Virus record (IMG/VR): IMGVR_UViG_3300025167_000005 | Length of the DNA stretch: 64,000 nucleotides | DNA from: an uncultured virus (IMG/VR IMGVR_UViG_3300025167_000005) | Taxonomy: Duplodnaviria; Heunggongvirae; Uroviricota; Caudoviricetes | Reading direction: 5' to 3' (one strand) | Shown here: positions 49,275-58,376 of the stretch, piece after piece | How positions within the stretch are numbered: position 1 is the first letter of the stretch | Layout: each line of letters starts with the position of its first letter | The notes under the pieces: generated by a model | Databases searched by the model: none | Told to the model about the DNA's origin: nothing | The model's input: only the letters and a program-made list of their open reading frames with translations | Position numbers and translations under genes: made by a program

Positions 49275-50710
49275 CCCTCGCCGCGAACATCCTCTGCCTG
49301 ACTGACAGCTACAAGGTGACTCATTGGCCGCAATACCCTCCGGGGACCCAGACCGTCTACTCCTACTTTGAGTCCCGGGGATGCACTCCGGACCGGTTCG
49401 CCGGGGAGACGGTCTTCTTCGGCCTCCAGCACATCCTGAAGCGCTACCTCGCGGGACCGGTCGTGACCCGGGAAAACATCGACTTCGCCAAGGCCTTCTT
49501 CGACCGGCATTTCGGCCGCCCCCTGATGAACGAGCAGGGTTGGGACCACCTCCTGGAGCACCACGGCGGGAAGCTCCCGGTGAGCATCCGGGCGGTTCCG
49601 GAGGGCATGGTGGTCTCCTGTCACAATGTCCTGATGACGGTGGAGAACACTTGCCCGGAACTCTGGTGGCTCCCGAACTACCTGGAGACCCTTCTGGTCC
49701 AGGCCTGGTATCCGACGACCGTGGCTACCCTCGGCCGGGAGATGAAGCGCCTGATTCTCGGGGCCCTGGAGGTCAGCGGGGACACCGCCCTCCTCCCCTA
49801 CAAGCTTCACGATTTCGGGTTCCGCGGGTCCACCTCCGTAGAGAGCGCAGGCATCGGGGGAGCGGCCCACCTCACGAACTTCCAGGGGACGGATAACCTC
49901 CCCGGCATCGTGACCGCGATGGAGGACTACGGCGCCGCCGTGTGCGGGCACTCCATCCCGGCCGCGGAGCACAGCACGATGACCTCCTGGGGACGGGAGG
50001 GCGAGCGGGAAGCGTTCGCCAACATGCTGGACCAGTACGGGGACGGTATCGTAGCCTGCGTCAGCGATTCCTACGACATCTATAACGCCTGCGAGAACGT
50101 CTGGGGCCGGGAACTCCGGGACAAGGTCCTGGCCATGAAGGGCACCCTGGTCATTCGCCCGGACTCCGGACATCCCCCGGTTGTGGTGGGACGGGTCCTG
50201 GATATCCTCGGAGAGCGCTTCGGTTACACCGTGAACGGGAAAGGGTTCAAGGTGCTCCATCCGAAGGTCCGGGTCATCCAGGGGGATGGCATGGACTACG
50301 GGATGCTCCACAAGGTTCTCTGCGAAATCCTGGAACTCGGATGGTCCGCGGACAACGTGACCTTTGGGATGGGCGGTGCCCTCCTTCAGAAGGTGGACCG
50401 GGACACCTTCAAGTTCGCCTTCAAGTGCTCCGCGGTCCAGGTGGACGGCGCCTGGAGGGAGGTCTGGAAGGAACCCGTCACAGACCCCGGGAAGAACTCG
50501 AAGCGTGGCCGCCTGAAGCTCGTCCGTATTGGTTATGACGACTTCAAGACGGTCTTGCAGGGCGAACCTGGGGAGGACGTGCTGGTTGAGGTCTTCCGGG
50601 ATGGGAAACTCCTCCGGGACTGGACTTTCGAGGAAGTCCGGGAGCAGGCGAGGCTCGCGGAAGGCTTCCCGGTCGGGGTCATCGAGGAAGAGGAGCAGCT
50701 CAAGCCATGA
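49271..50710 (+). CDS. nadV: Nicotinamide phosphoribosyltransferase
   Basis: TDSYKVTH, SYFESRG, LHDFGFRG, SIPAAEHS, VSDSYD, IRPDSG, IQGDG, FGMGGALLQ. Confidence 0.95.
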   Translation: MTLAANILCLTDSYKVTHWPQYPPGTQTVYSYFESRGCTPDRFAGETVFFGLQHILKRYLAGPVVTRENIDFAKAFFDRHFGRPLMNEQGWDHLLEHHGGKLPVSIRAVPEGMVVSCHNVLMTVENTCPELWWLPNYLETLLVQAWYPTTVATLGREMKRLILGALEVSGDTALLPYKLHDFGFRGSTSVESAGIGGAAHLTNFQGTDNLPGIVTAMEDYGAAVCGHSIPAAEHSTMTSWGREGEREAFANMLDQYGDGIVACVSDSYDIYNACENVWGRELRDKVLAMKGTLVIRPDSGHPPVVVGRVLDILGERFGYTVNGKGFKVLHPKVRVIQGDGMDYGMLHKVLCEILELGWSADNVTFGMGGALLQKVDRDTFKFAFKCSAVQVDGAWREVWKEPVTDPGKNSKRGRLKLVRIGYDDFKTVLQGEPGEDVLVEVFRDGKLLRDWTFEEVREQARLAEGFPVGVIEEEEQLKP

Positions 50711-50991
50711 CCGCCAAGCCCGGTCCTCCTTCAGAGGCGATGGTTCTCCATAAGAAGTGGCATAAAACATGTTACCACCCATCAGAAGGCCCATGCGAAC
50801 AGGCAGACGCTATCCGCGCTCTCGAAGCTCGTGTGAAAAAGGTGGAGGCGAACTCCAAAAGGTTGCGAGCCTCTCTGAAAAGTGCGTGGATTGCGCTCAA
50901 CCGATTGGTTATGCGAAGAGACATCGTTCCAATATCTTACTACAAAGGACGCGCAGAAGAAATCCGCGCTGTCCTCTGGGGAAAGCCATGA
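50707..50991 (+). CDS. KPGP-module hypothetical protein
   Basis: ATGA-coupled at both ends. Confidence 0.7.
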   Translation: MTAKPGPPSEAMVLHKKWHKTCYHPSEGPCEQADAIRALEARVKKVEANSKRLRASLKSAWIALNRLVMRRDIVPISYYKGRAEEIRAVLWGKP

Positions 50992-52418
50992 CCGCCGCCA
51001 CGAACCCGGTGAAAGTGGCGTGGTATTGGTGCCCGGACTGCGGCAACTTCTCCGACCCGGCCGATATAGAATCCCATGGTGACGGGGAGGTGCGGGTGCT
51101 CATGTGTCCGATGTGCGGCCGTCCGACTCCTGAGCCGCTCTATCGGGCCGATACCCTCCGCGAGCCAGCCCGCTTGGGGGCCGAACCTTTTACCCGAGAA
51201 TATGTTCACGACCTGCTTGATGATGCAAACGCCGAGGTTTGCGCCCTCCGACTCCGTGCGGAGAAAGTAGAGGCTGAACGGGATGCGGTGAGACGTGTTT
51301 TGGCGGCTGCCATCCTCGCCATCGAGGAACATAGCCCTGTCGCTGCTGAGCGTCTGCGGTCCGAGTATCGCCGTACTGTCCCTGGGAGGAAAGAAGCCAT
51401 GACTGCCCAGAAGCCCGGCCCTTCCTCGGGATGGCCTGTCAGTTTGGGTAATCTCTACAAGGCGTTAAAAGAGGACTCGTATCCTGAAAAGGAGTGGGTA
51501 GCTGTCATCGATGCCATTCGCGTTCTCGAAGCCCACGCGAAGGAGCTGAAAGCGGCGCTAAAGGCGCTTTACACGTTCCCAGGAATCCGGGAACTTCTCG
51601 CCCCCAAGGATTCGTTCGGTAGCATCGCAGCTCAAGTTGAAGCCGCCCTCCGGGGGTCCATGACCGCTGACGCGGAACCCGGCCCTGCGCTGCGGCTCCA
51701 TAAGAAGTGGCATAAAACATGTGGCCACTCATCAGAGGGCCCATGCGAGCAGGCAGACGCTATCTACGCCCTCGACACGCAACACAAGGAGGAGCGTGAA
51801 CGCGCCGAGACAGCAATTGCCCTTTTAAACCGCACATGGCCATATCTCGGGTTCGAAACGACTGAAAGGGAAGAGCTGGCCAAGCTGAAAGAGGAAATCT
51901 GCGCGATTGGGCATCCTGTTGGTTGTAGATTTAATCCTGCTGTGAAAGTGGCAGACTTGAATGACAATCCGTTCGCGGGCCAGGGTCCTCTGGACGAGTC
52001 TCCCGGTCTGGAGTATGCCTATTTTGATGGGGAATGTCTCAACAATAACGACCCAGACCCCGGGAAGAGAAAGATGCGCATCGCCGTGGTGCTCCATGGC
52101 GAGACGTACATCGAAACGGTCACTTATCCTGTGGTGAGCAACAACGTGGCCGAGTACCTTGCTTTGCTGAATCTCATGGACCGCCTTGGGATACTTCGGG
52201 ACGCCGGATTCTTGGGCCGTGTGTGTATCCGGGGGGATTCTCAACTTGTTGTGAACCAGGTGACCGGAACTTATGTGGCTCGCCAAGGTCATCTCGAAGG
52301 CCTACTCGGAACTGTCCGTAAGAGGACAAAGATGATAGGCGACCACTTCCTGGAATGGGTCCCCCGCGGACGGAACCTCGCCGGACTGGCTCTCGACTGG
52401 ACCAAAGCAGGCAAGTAG
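50988..52418 (+). CDS. In-frame fusion of Zn ribbon, two PGP modules and C-terminal RNase HI domain
   Basis: RNase HI motifs YFDG, SNNVAEYLAL, RGDSQLVVNQVTG and EWVPRGRN; internal module starts at 51399 and 51660. Confidence 0.8.
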   Translation: MTAATNPVKVAWYWCPDCGNFSDPADIESHGDGEVRVLMCPMCGRPTPEPLYRADTLREPARLGAEPFTREYVHDLLDDANAEVCALRLRAEKVEAERDAVRRVLAAAILAIEEHSPVAAERLRSEYRRTVPGRKEAMTAQKPGPSSGWPVSLGNLYKALKEDSYPEKEWVAVIDAIRVLEAHAKELKAALKALYTFPGIRELLAPKDSFGSIAAQVEAALRGSMTADAEPGPALRLHKKWHKTCGHSSEGPCEQADAIYALDTQHKEERERAETAIALLNRTWPYLGFETTEREELAKLKEEICAIGHPVGCRFNPAVKVADLNDNPFAGQGPLDESPGLEYAYFDGECLNNNDPDPGKRKMRIAVVLHGETYIETVTYPVVSNNVAEYLALLNLMDRLGILRDAGFLGRVCIRGDSQLVVNQVTGTYVARQGHLEGLLGTVRKRTKMIGDHFLEWVPRGRNLAGLALDWTKAGK

Positions 52419-52444
52419 GCTTTATATAGTCGTTCGCTCACCTG

Positions 52445-55219
52445 TTGTTCGTGTCTGCTGTCTTGTCCATCTTGCTCGGACTCGTTCTTCTTGCCCCGGC
52501 AGGCTATTTCGATGCCCGGGCAGCGGTCGATGTGACGGCCTGGCTGGCAGACTCTTACTTGGCATTCTATGACTGGTTCTCTGAAGGTGTGTCATCTTTC
52601 CTGGTCACCATCAACCCCATTGGAACGGCATCCGCCACGAGTTACTATGCCGTGTTGAACGATGTGGCTTGCGACCTTGACGCCTGGTCGGACACGGGAT
52701 GCTGGGCGCTTACTTCTGGAGGTGCCGGAGTCAATGGTCCTCCTGGGTCCACAGACGATGCTTTCTTTGATGGGAACTCGGGGTCCAGTGCCATGGCGCT
52801 TACTTCGGCGACCTCGGTGAGAAATGTAGACCTGACAGGATACGGTGGGACTATCAGTGGCGGAAGCCAGACTTGGTCCATCTATGGGGATGTGACCAAC
52901 CTCCAGGGCAAATATACCTATGGCACGAGTACGGTCCAATTTGCCGGGACCTCTACACAGACCATTTCTCCCGCGTCGGTAACGTTGACCCAGTTCTATC
53001 TTGTCGAGCTGACCGGTGCTGGAGAGAAACGTATCACGGCCAGGGTTGTCATCAACCTAAGACTTACGGCCACGACCAGCGTTCAAGTCAGTGTTTCATC
53101 TGCGGCAAATACCGGCCTTATTCTTACGGCTGGCGGTCAGCTTATTTCTGCGACCTCGGGGAACATCCTGACTTTCCGGTCGCAGACTCCGACTTCGGCA
53201 TGGACGCTCGACAACACGGGAATCACGACTACGTTTTACAGAGTGGACATTCAGGATGCGACGGCAGCGATTACCGCCTACGCAACGGATGTAACCAACA
53301 CAGATTCCGGACGAAATACGCGCATCGTGTTCACTCCGAGGTCCTCCATGATTGAGGACACTGTAGGATATTGGACAGCATCAAGTGTGGACTACGCATC
53401 CCAGATAGTCCGGAACAAGGCAGGCGAATTGGTCGCCGTATATTCGGATGGGACTGGCGTGAACAACGGGAGAATCATGGCTCGCTATAGTACAGACGAC
53501 GGGCAGACCTGGTCATCTCGGGTGATTATCTACTCTCCTACCGCGGCGGGAGACGGCATCGTTGACTCTGTGGCTGGCGGGGGGTGGGAGTTGTACGTCG
53601 TTCTCGACGGCAACGACGTGATGTATGTCACGGGGCACAAACTTCTTGTCGGGGGAACGCATATCTATTTTACCAAGGTCAACATTGCCAGTGCAGCTAA
53701 CGTGGCCATCTGGAGCAATTGGCTAAGCGCATCGGGGTCTCCGGCGCCAAGCTCGGGCGCGGCAGTGGACGGACAGGGCTACGATGACCTGGGCGGGGGG
53801 GCAGACCCTTCTGTGGCCTTTAACCTTAAAGGCGATATTCTCGTTGCATACAACAAGAATTCTGGTGCCGATGGTCCCGCCGTGGTACGCATGTTCACCA
53901 ATGGCGGGTGGTCTTCTCAAGCGACTCTGGACTATAACGGGGGAGCTAACGAGGCCGTGGTCATTGCGGTCACCGATGCCTATGACGATTGGCATCTTCT
54001 TGCCAAACATGTGGAAGATGGAACTAATGATGCCATCGTCTACAAGACGTGTCTTTCCACTGAGGACTGCACTGTGGCTGCGAACTGGATGGGTGCTGAT
54101 GGCGTTGCCAAGTACGATGTTGTGATAACGAGTACGGGGGTTGATTTTGGATTCCCTCACGTTACTGTGGATGCGAACAATATCGTCCATGTGACGGCAG
54201 GGACCAACACCCTCATTGCCGGTTTCAGCCGGATATTTCACAACTATAGGCCTCGCGGGGAATCGTGGGCGTTGGGCGTTGGTCAGGAAATCAACGGGAA
54301 TCAGGCTATTCCGCTTCGGACGCGGGTTGCGGACGGGAATCGGTTCGGGCTTACGGCGGACAGTGCAGGAAATGTGTTTCTCATCTACGCGGAAAAGAAT
54401 CTGGGCTACATCGGCTACCACCAGTGGTCCGAGGTTACTCGTTCCTGGGGGGCGCACACTGCGCTGATGTACGCCGGTAGCACACAGGTATCTACTCTTC
54501 ACTCGGCCTCGGGGAGTGCAACTGTCGAGTATCTCGTTGCGAATGCGGTGGGAAGTACTACTATCATGCCTGGTTTGGTCTATCAGGCAGTCACCGGGTC
54601 TGCGGACATCGCTTGGTGGTCTGCTTCTCCTTCGACTCCGGGCGGCGGAGGCGGCCCCGGCGAAGGCGAGGGCGGGCTTCTCTGGACTTGGCGGCATCTG
54701 GATAGGGACCTCACGGTTCGGTTCTCCGTGGTCGCCCCGCAGTCCGCGGCATCCTACTCCTGGTATTCGGAATCCCGGCTTCTGGGAACCGGTAGCGTCC
54801 TGGACGTGCAGTTCTTGTATTCCGGGACGTATGACGTTGTCCTTAAATCCGGCTCCATCGAGAAGACCGGGCAGGTAGAGGCCAAGTCGGTGTCGTTCCT
54901 CGGAGCCCATCTTCCTTTGCTCCTTCTCGTGGTTGTTGGGGTCTGGTACATGATTCTGGTCTTCTCCGGAATGCTCAAATCGGACTCCGGGAAGCTGGCC
55001 GGGCTGGCCGTGTCCGTGTTCTCTTTCATGGCAGCGTTCCTCGTGATGCAAGGCATCTCATACAGGACCGTCTCGCTTGAGAGCGGACATGCCATCTTGC
55101 TGTACATGGCGACTGCACTATTCTGCATCGGCGGGTCTGTACGCGGTAGTGCGAGGATACTGTTCGTGGTCGGGCTGGGGCTGCTGGCCTACGGGGTCTT
55201 CGGGCTTCTGAACGTTTAA
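52445..55219 (+). CDS. Large surface protein (signal, beta-helix-like, Asp-box propeller, PKD-like, C-terminal TMs)
   Basis: YSTDDGQTWS Asp-box; CWALTSGGAG motif shared with the giant gene; several C-terminal TM helices. Confidence 0.8.
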   Translation: MFVSAVLSILLGLVLLAPAGYFDARAAVDVTAWLADSYLAFYDWFSEGVSSFLVTINPIGTASATSYYAVLNDVACDLDAWSDTGCWALTSGGAGVNGPPGSTDDAFFDGNSGSSAMALTSATSVRNVDLTGYGGTISGGSQTWSIYGDVTNLQGKYTYGTSTVQFAGTSTQTISPASVTLTQFYLVELTGAGEKRITARVVINLRLTATTSVQVSVSSAANTGLILTAGGQLISATSGNILTFRSQTPTSAWTLDNTGITTTFYRVDIQDATAAITAYATDVTNTDSGRNTRIVFTPRSSMIEDTVGYWTASSVDYASQIVRNKAGELVAVYSDGTGVNNGRIMARYSTDDGQTWSSRVIIYSPTAAGDGIVDSVAGGGWELYVVLDGNDVMYVTGHKLLVGGTHIYFTKVNIASAANVAIWSNWLSASGSPAPSSGAAVDGQGYDDLGGGADPSVAFNLKGDILVAYNKNSGADGPAVVRMFTNGGWSSQATLDYNGGANEAVVIAVTDAYDDWHLLAKHVEDGTNDAIVYKTCLSTEDCTVAANWMGADGVAKYDVVITSTGVDFGFPHVTVDANNIVHVTAGTNTLIAGFSRIFHNYRPRGESWALGVGQEINGNQAIPLRTRVADGNRFGLTADSAGNVFLIYAEKNLGYIGYHQWSEVTRSWGAHTALMYAGSTQVSTLHSASGSATVEYLVANAVGSTTIMPGLVYQAVTGSADIAWWSASPSTPGGGGGPGEGEGGLLWTWRHLDRDLTVRFSVVAPQSAASYSWYSESRLLGTGSVLDVQFLYSGTYDVVLKSGSIEKTGQVEAKSVSFLGAHLPLLLLVVVGVWYMILVFSGMLKSDSGKLAGLAVSVFSFMAAFLVMQGISYRTVSLESGHAILLYMATALFCIGGSVRGSARILFVVGLGLLAYGVFGLLNV

Positions 55220-55244
55220 GTAGCTCCGCTCCCTTGAATCGAGC

Positions 55245-55646
55245 ATGGGATACGGAGACCCTCTACCTCAAGAGTGCCCCAAGTGTGGCAGGAACCGGAC
55301 TGTGGTTCGGAACACCGAGGACTACGGGACTCTACAAGAGAAGTCTAAATTGCTGTGCAAGGCGTGTGGCGGTACTTTCGACGTGGAGTCTCTCATGACC
55401 GTCGTGAAGCCCGGCCCTTCACCGGGGAAGTGGCCTGGAAACCTGATGAACCTCTACAAAGCGCTGAAGGAAGCTCGTTATCCCGAGGCGGAATGGTGTG
55501 CGGTTATCGACGAGTTCCGCGTCCTCGAAGCCAGCGTGAAGGAGCTGAAGGAGGAACGGGATGCGCTGAAACGTGTTTTGGCGGCTGCCATTCTCACCAT
55601 CAAGAACCTGGAGGCGGCGCTGGCGGTTGTCAGGGGGCAGAGATGA
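55245..55646 (+). CDS. Zn ribbon fused to KPGP module
   Basis: CPKC..CKAC, then MTVVKPGPSPGKWP. Confidence 0.7.
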   Translation: MGYGDPLPQECPKCGRNRTVVRNTEDYGTLQEKSKLLCKACGGTFDVESLMTVVKPGPSPGKWPGNLMNLYKALKEARYPEAEWCAVIDEFRVLEASVKELKEERDALKRVLAAAILTIKNLEAALAVVRGQR

Positions 55647-56131
55647 AGGCCGTCATTGCCAAGTGGCTGTATCGTATTCAGCTCAGTGAGGGAATCTATG
55701 GTTCTTTGTTCGGTATCCTGACGTTTGTCGGAGTTTTCACCATCCTGTTGGGACAGTACCTTCCGCAGAGTTATGGGTTCGCACTTCTTGTCATCGCCGT
55801 GGGGACTCTTATCGTGAGCACCGGCCTTATCCTGGACAAGCATGTTAGGTTCTGGGAGGCTCAGGTTAAGGTCGGCACGGTGCGCAACCAGTTCCTCGTG
55901 GACCGATTGTACCAGAAGGAAGCGCTTAACATGCGGCATCAACAGCTTCCAACGCTTTATGCAATCCAGGCATTGCTCGTGGCTGCGATTGCCAACCCAA
56001 CCGGGGGGAATCGTCTTGTCTTGCAGGACTCCTTGGACAGGATAGTTGCCGCCATTGACAGGCTTGAGTCCACTCTTGTCGCCAAGAAGTGGTCCATCTC
56101 TCCGGAGGAAGAGGTTTATGGGGATTCTTGA
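55643..56131 (+). CDS. Membrane protein
   Basis: ATGA overlap, two TM helices. Confidence 0.65.
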   Translation: MKAVIAKWLYRIQLSEGIYGSLFGILTFVGVFTILLGQYLPQSYGFALLVIAVGTLIVSTGLILDKHVRFWEAQVKVGTVRNQFLVDRLYQKEALNMRHQQLPTLYAIQALLVAAIANPTGGNRLVLQDSLDRIVAAIDRLESTLVAKKWSISPEEEVYGDS

Positions 56132-56651
56132 GATTCTGTGGCTTGCTGACGACACCGAGCCTTACGAGAGACTTACTACCACGAAAACGACTCTACCCTT
56201 CCGACGAATTTTCTGGCTCCGCTATCGCCTCACAGGGAATTGTCCTTATAGTGGGTGCTTGGAGGCCCATCCATGTCCATATTGTGATGGAGGGCAGGGG
56301 AAGCTGTTGCACGATACCCAGGACTTCTGGTGGGCCCTGGCGATGTTGATGGCGGCTACGTTGTGGCTCGTTATGGTCATGTTCTATCCAATGGCCGGGA
56401 TGTTCTGGTGGGGGCTGATGGAGCTGGACGGCATGGTTCACTTTTCCTCCGCGGTCGCTCTGGTGCTTCTGCTCGGAAGGAAGAGGTGGTGGATTGCCGT
56501 TCTCCTCCTGCTCGTGTGGGAGGCGGTGGAGGGCATCTGGTTTGGCTACAGTCCATTTGAGTCTTTCTGGATGGTCATGGATTCGGCATCAGACATTGTG
56601 ATTGGCGTCTTCGGTATACTGATGGCTTGTCTGCAAGAGCCGCCGGAGTGA
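56118..56651 (+). CDS. Multi-pass membrane protein
   Basis: Four hydrophobic segments with D..H, WE..E and DS..D residues. Confidence 0.65.
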   Translation: MGILEILWLADDTEPYERLTTTKTTLPFRRIFWLRYRLTGNCPYSGCLEAHPCPYCDGGQGKLLHDTQDFWWALAMLMAATLWLVMVMFYPMAGMFWWGLMELDGMVHFSSAVALVLLLGRKRWWIAVLLLLVWEAVEGIWFGYSPFESFWMVMDSASDIVIGVFGILMACLQEPPE

Positions 56652-56730
56652 ATGTTGGCACTTGGCCTGGAGTCTGACGGTCCTATTCCCGTAGAAGGCT
56701 TTAAATAGAGTTTCATCTATCGTTATCTCG

Positions 56731-57609
56731 ATGCTCTGGTCCTCCAAGTTCCCCCAGGACGCCGACTTCGGGTCGTGGAAAGATGATGACTATCCAAAGA
56801 CCCCGGATGGGTGGAACGGACAGAGCCTCGGCACGGTTGTAGTCCTGTGGCCGAAACGCTCCCCGGAGGTTGAACAGCGTGCAAGGAAGGTCCTTGGCAA
56901 GGCCACGGCTTCCGCCCAGAATGTCTTCGACGAGGCATTGACTTCCGCCCGGAAGGTCTACGACGAGGCCGTGGCTTCCGCCGGGAAGGTTCGCGACAAG
57001 GCCACGGCTCCCGCCCGGAAGGTCTACGGCGAGGCCACGGCTCTCGCCTGGAAGGTCTTCAGCGAGGCCAGGACTTCCGCCCGGAAGGCTTACGTCGAGG
57101 CCACGGCTTCCGCTCAGAATGTCTTCGACGAGGCATTGACTTCCGCCCGGAAGGCCTACGTCGAGGCCACGGCTCCCGCTCGGAAGGCCTACGTCGAGGC
57201 CAAGGCTCCCGCCGAGAAGGCCTTCGACAAGGCCGTGGCTCCTGTCCAGAAGGCTCACGAAGAGGCCGAGGCTTCCGCCTGGAAGGCCTACGAAGAGGCC
57301 GTGGCTCTTGCCGGAATCGACTACAACCTCATTCTCGCCGAGAACCTGCCTCTTCTTCTCGACCCTCCACCTTCCCGAATCGTCCTCTATCGTGCCGATA
57401 CCGACAAGTGGGTGGAAACCCCAGACCCGCAGGAAGCTTCCAGGTTTGCGAGCCTGGCAGTATGGGAGCATCAGAAGTTCGTGGAAAAGTTGATTGGGGG
57501 ACAGAAAGAGGTCCGGAAGGCGTTCGAGGGCGGAGAGCCAATGAGATTCGGTCGGCGTCGAAGCGTTTTCGTGAAGTCGTATACAAGACGGCGTCGTGCA
57601 TTGTTTTGA
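56731..57609 (+). CDS. Protein with ~13 internal 11-aa repeats and C-terminal VFVKSYTRRRR tag
   Basis: TATA ggctttaaatag at 56697; 33-bp repeats at ~56880-57310. Confidence 0.8.
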   Translation: MLWSSKFPQDADFGSWKDDDYPKTPDGWNGQSLGTVVVLWPKRSPEVEQRARKVLGKATASAQNVFDEALTSARKVYDEAVASAGKVRDKATAPARKVYGEATALAWKVFSEARTSARKAYVEATASAQNVFDEALTSARKAYVEATAPARKAYVEAKAPAEKAFDKAVAPVQKAHEEAEASAWKAYEEAVALAGIDYNLILAENLPLLLDPPPSRIVLYRADTDKWVETPDPQEASRFASLAVWEHQKFVEKLIGGQKEVRKAFEGGEPMRFGRRRSVFVKSYTRRRRALF

Positions 57610-57671
57610 AGGTCCGGACTTGGATAGCGTTACAGGAACGTTTAAATACTTGCCTACAACGCATTCTTTTT

Positions 57672-58344
57672 GATGCGTCGTCGCCGGTTATTGCGTCCTC
57701 TGGCCATTTTCGTGGCGGCCGGGGTAATCCTTTTTGGCTTCGCCACCGTGGTCAGTTTTGGCAGCGATACCGGACCTATCGGAGCCAGGGCTAACGACCT
57801 TCTTCGTGGCCCGTTCTTTGTCATCGGGTTCGAAATAGACTATCAGCCTGGAGCATCGCCAGACAAGGTCCAAGTTGACCGATTTCTCGACTTCGTCGAG
57901 AGGTATACCGGGAAGGCGACCAGCGTGGGGTATAGGCAACTGCCTCCGGGAGATGATGATGTGGTCACCATGGACGAGGCCAGTGCAATTGCGGTCAAGA
58001 ACCGGGACTCGTTCTCATCGCTCTTTTGGACGCTGTCCGTCCACATCCTCTATCTCGATGCGGCCATTGATGGGAAAGATACTGCGGGGTTCTCGTTCCA
58101 GGCTACCAGCATCGTCATCCTGGGGAAGCAGATTCCCGATGGATTTGTGGAGGCGGCGGTTCTTGCCCATGAGTTCGGTCATCTGATGGGACTGTGTGGT
58201 CTGTACTCCCAGTCGGACCTCTGTGATGGGGATGGCCATGCCGTTGACCCGCAGTCGCTGATGGCGCAGTTTATCAGTCCGTACAGTCAAAATGTAAAAG
58301 ACCTCGTGTTGACCGACCGGGAAGTCGCGCTCTTGTCTCCCTAA
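57672..58344 (+). CDS. Membrane-anchored metzincin-like zinc metalloprotease
   Basis: HEFGHLMGL, downstream His and SLM Met-turn, N-terminal TM. Confidence 0.8.
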
Positions 58345-58376
58345 CCTTCTTATAGACCCGGCTCCAGATAGAAACG

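Noticed and set aside
49178..50794. 538-aa minus ORF, and similar ones at 61819-63519 and 53723-55051
   Set aside because: Antisense to well-supported genes.
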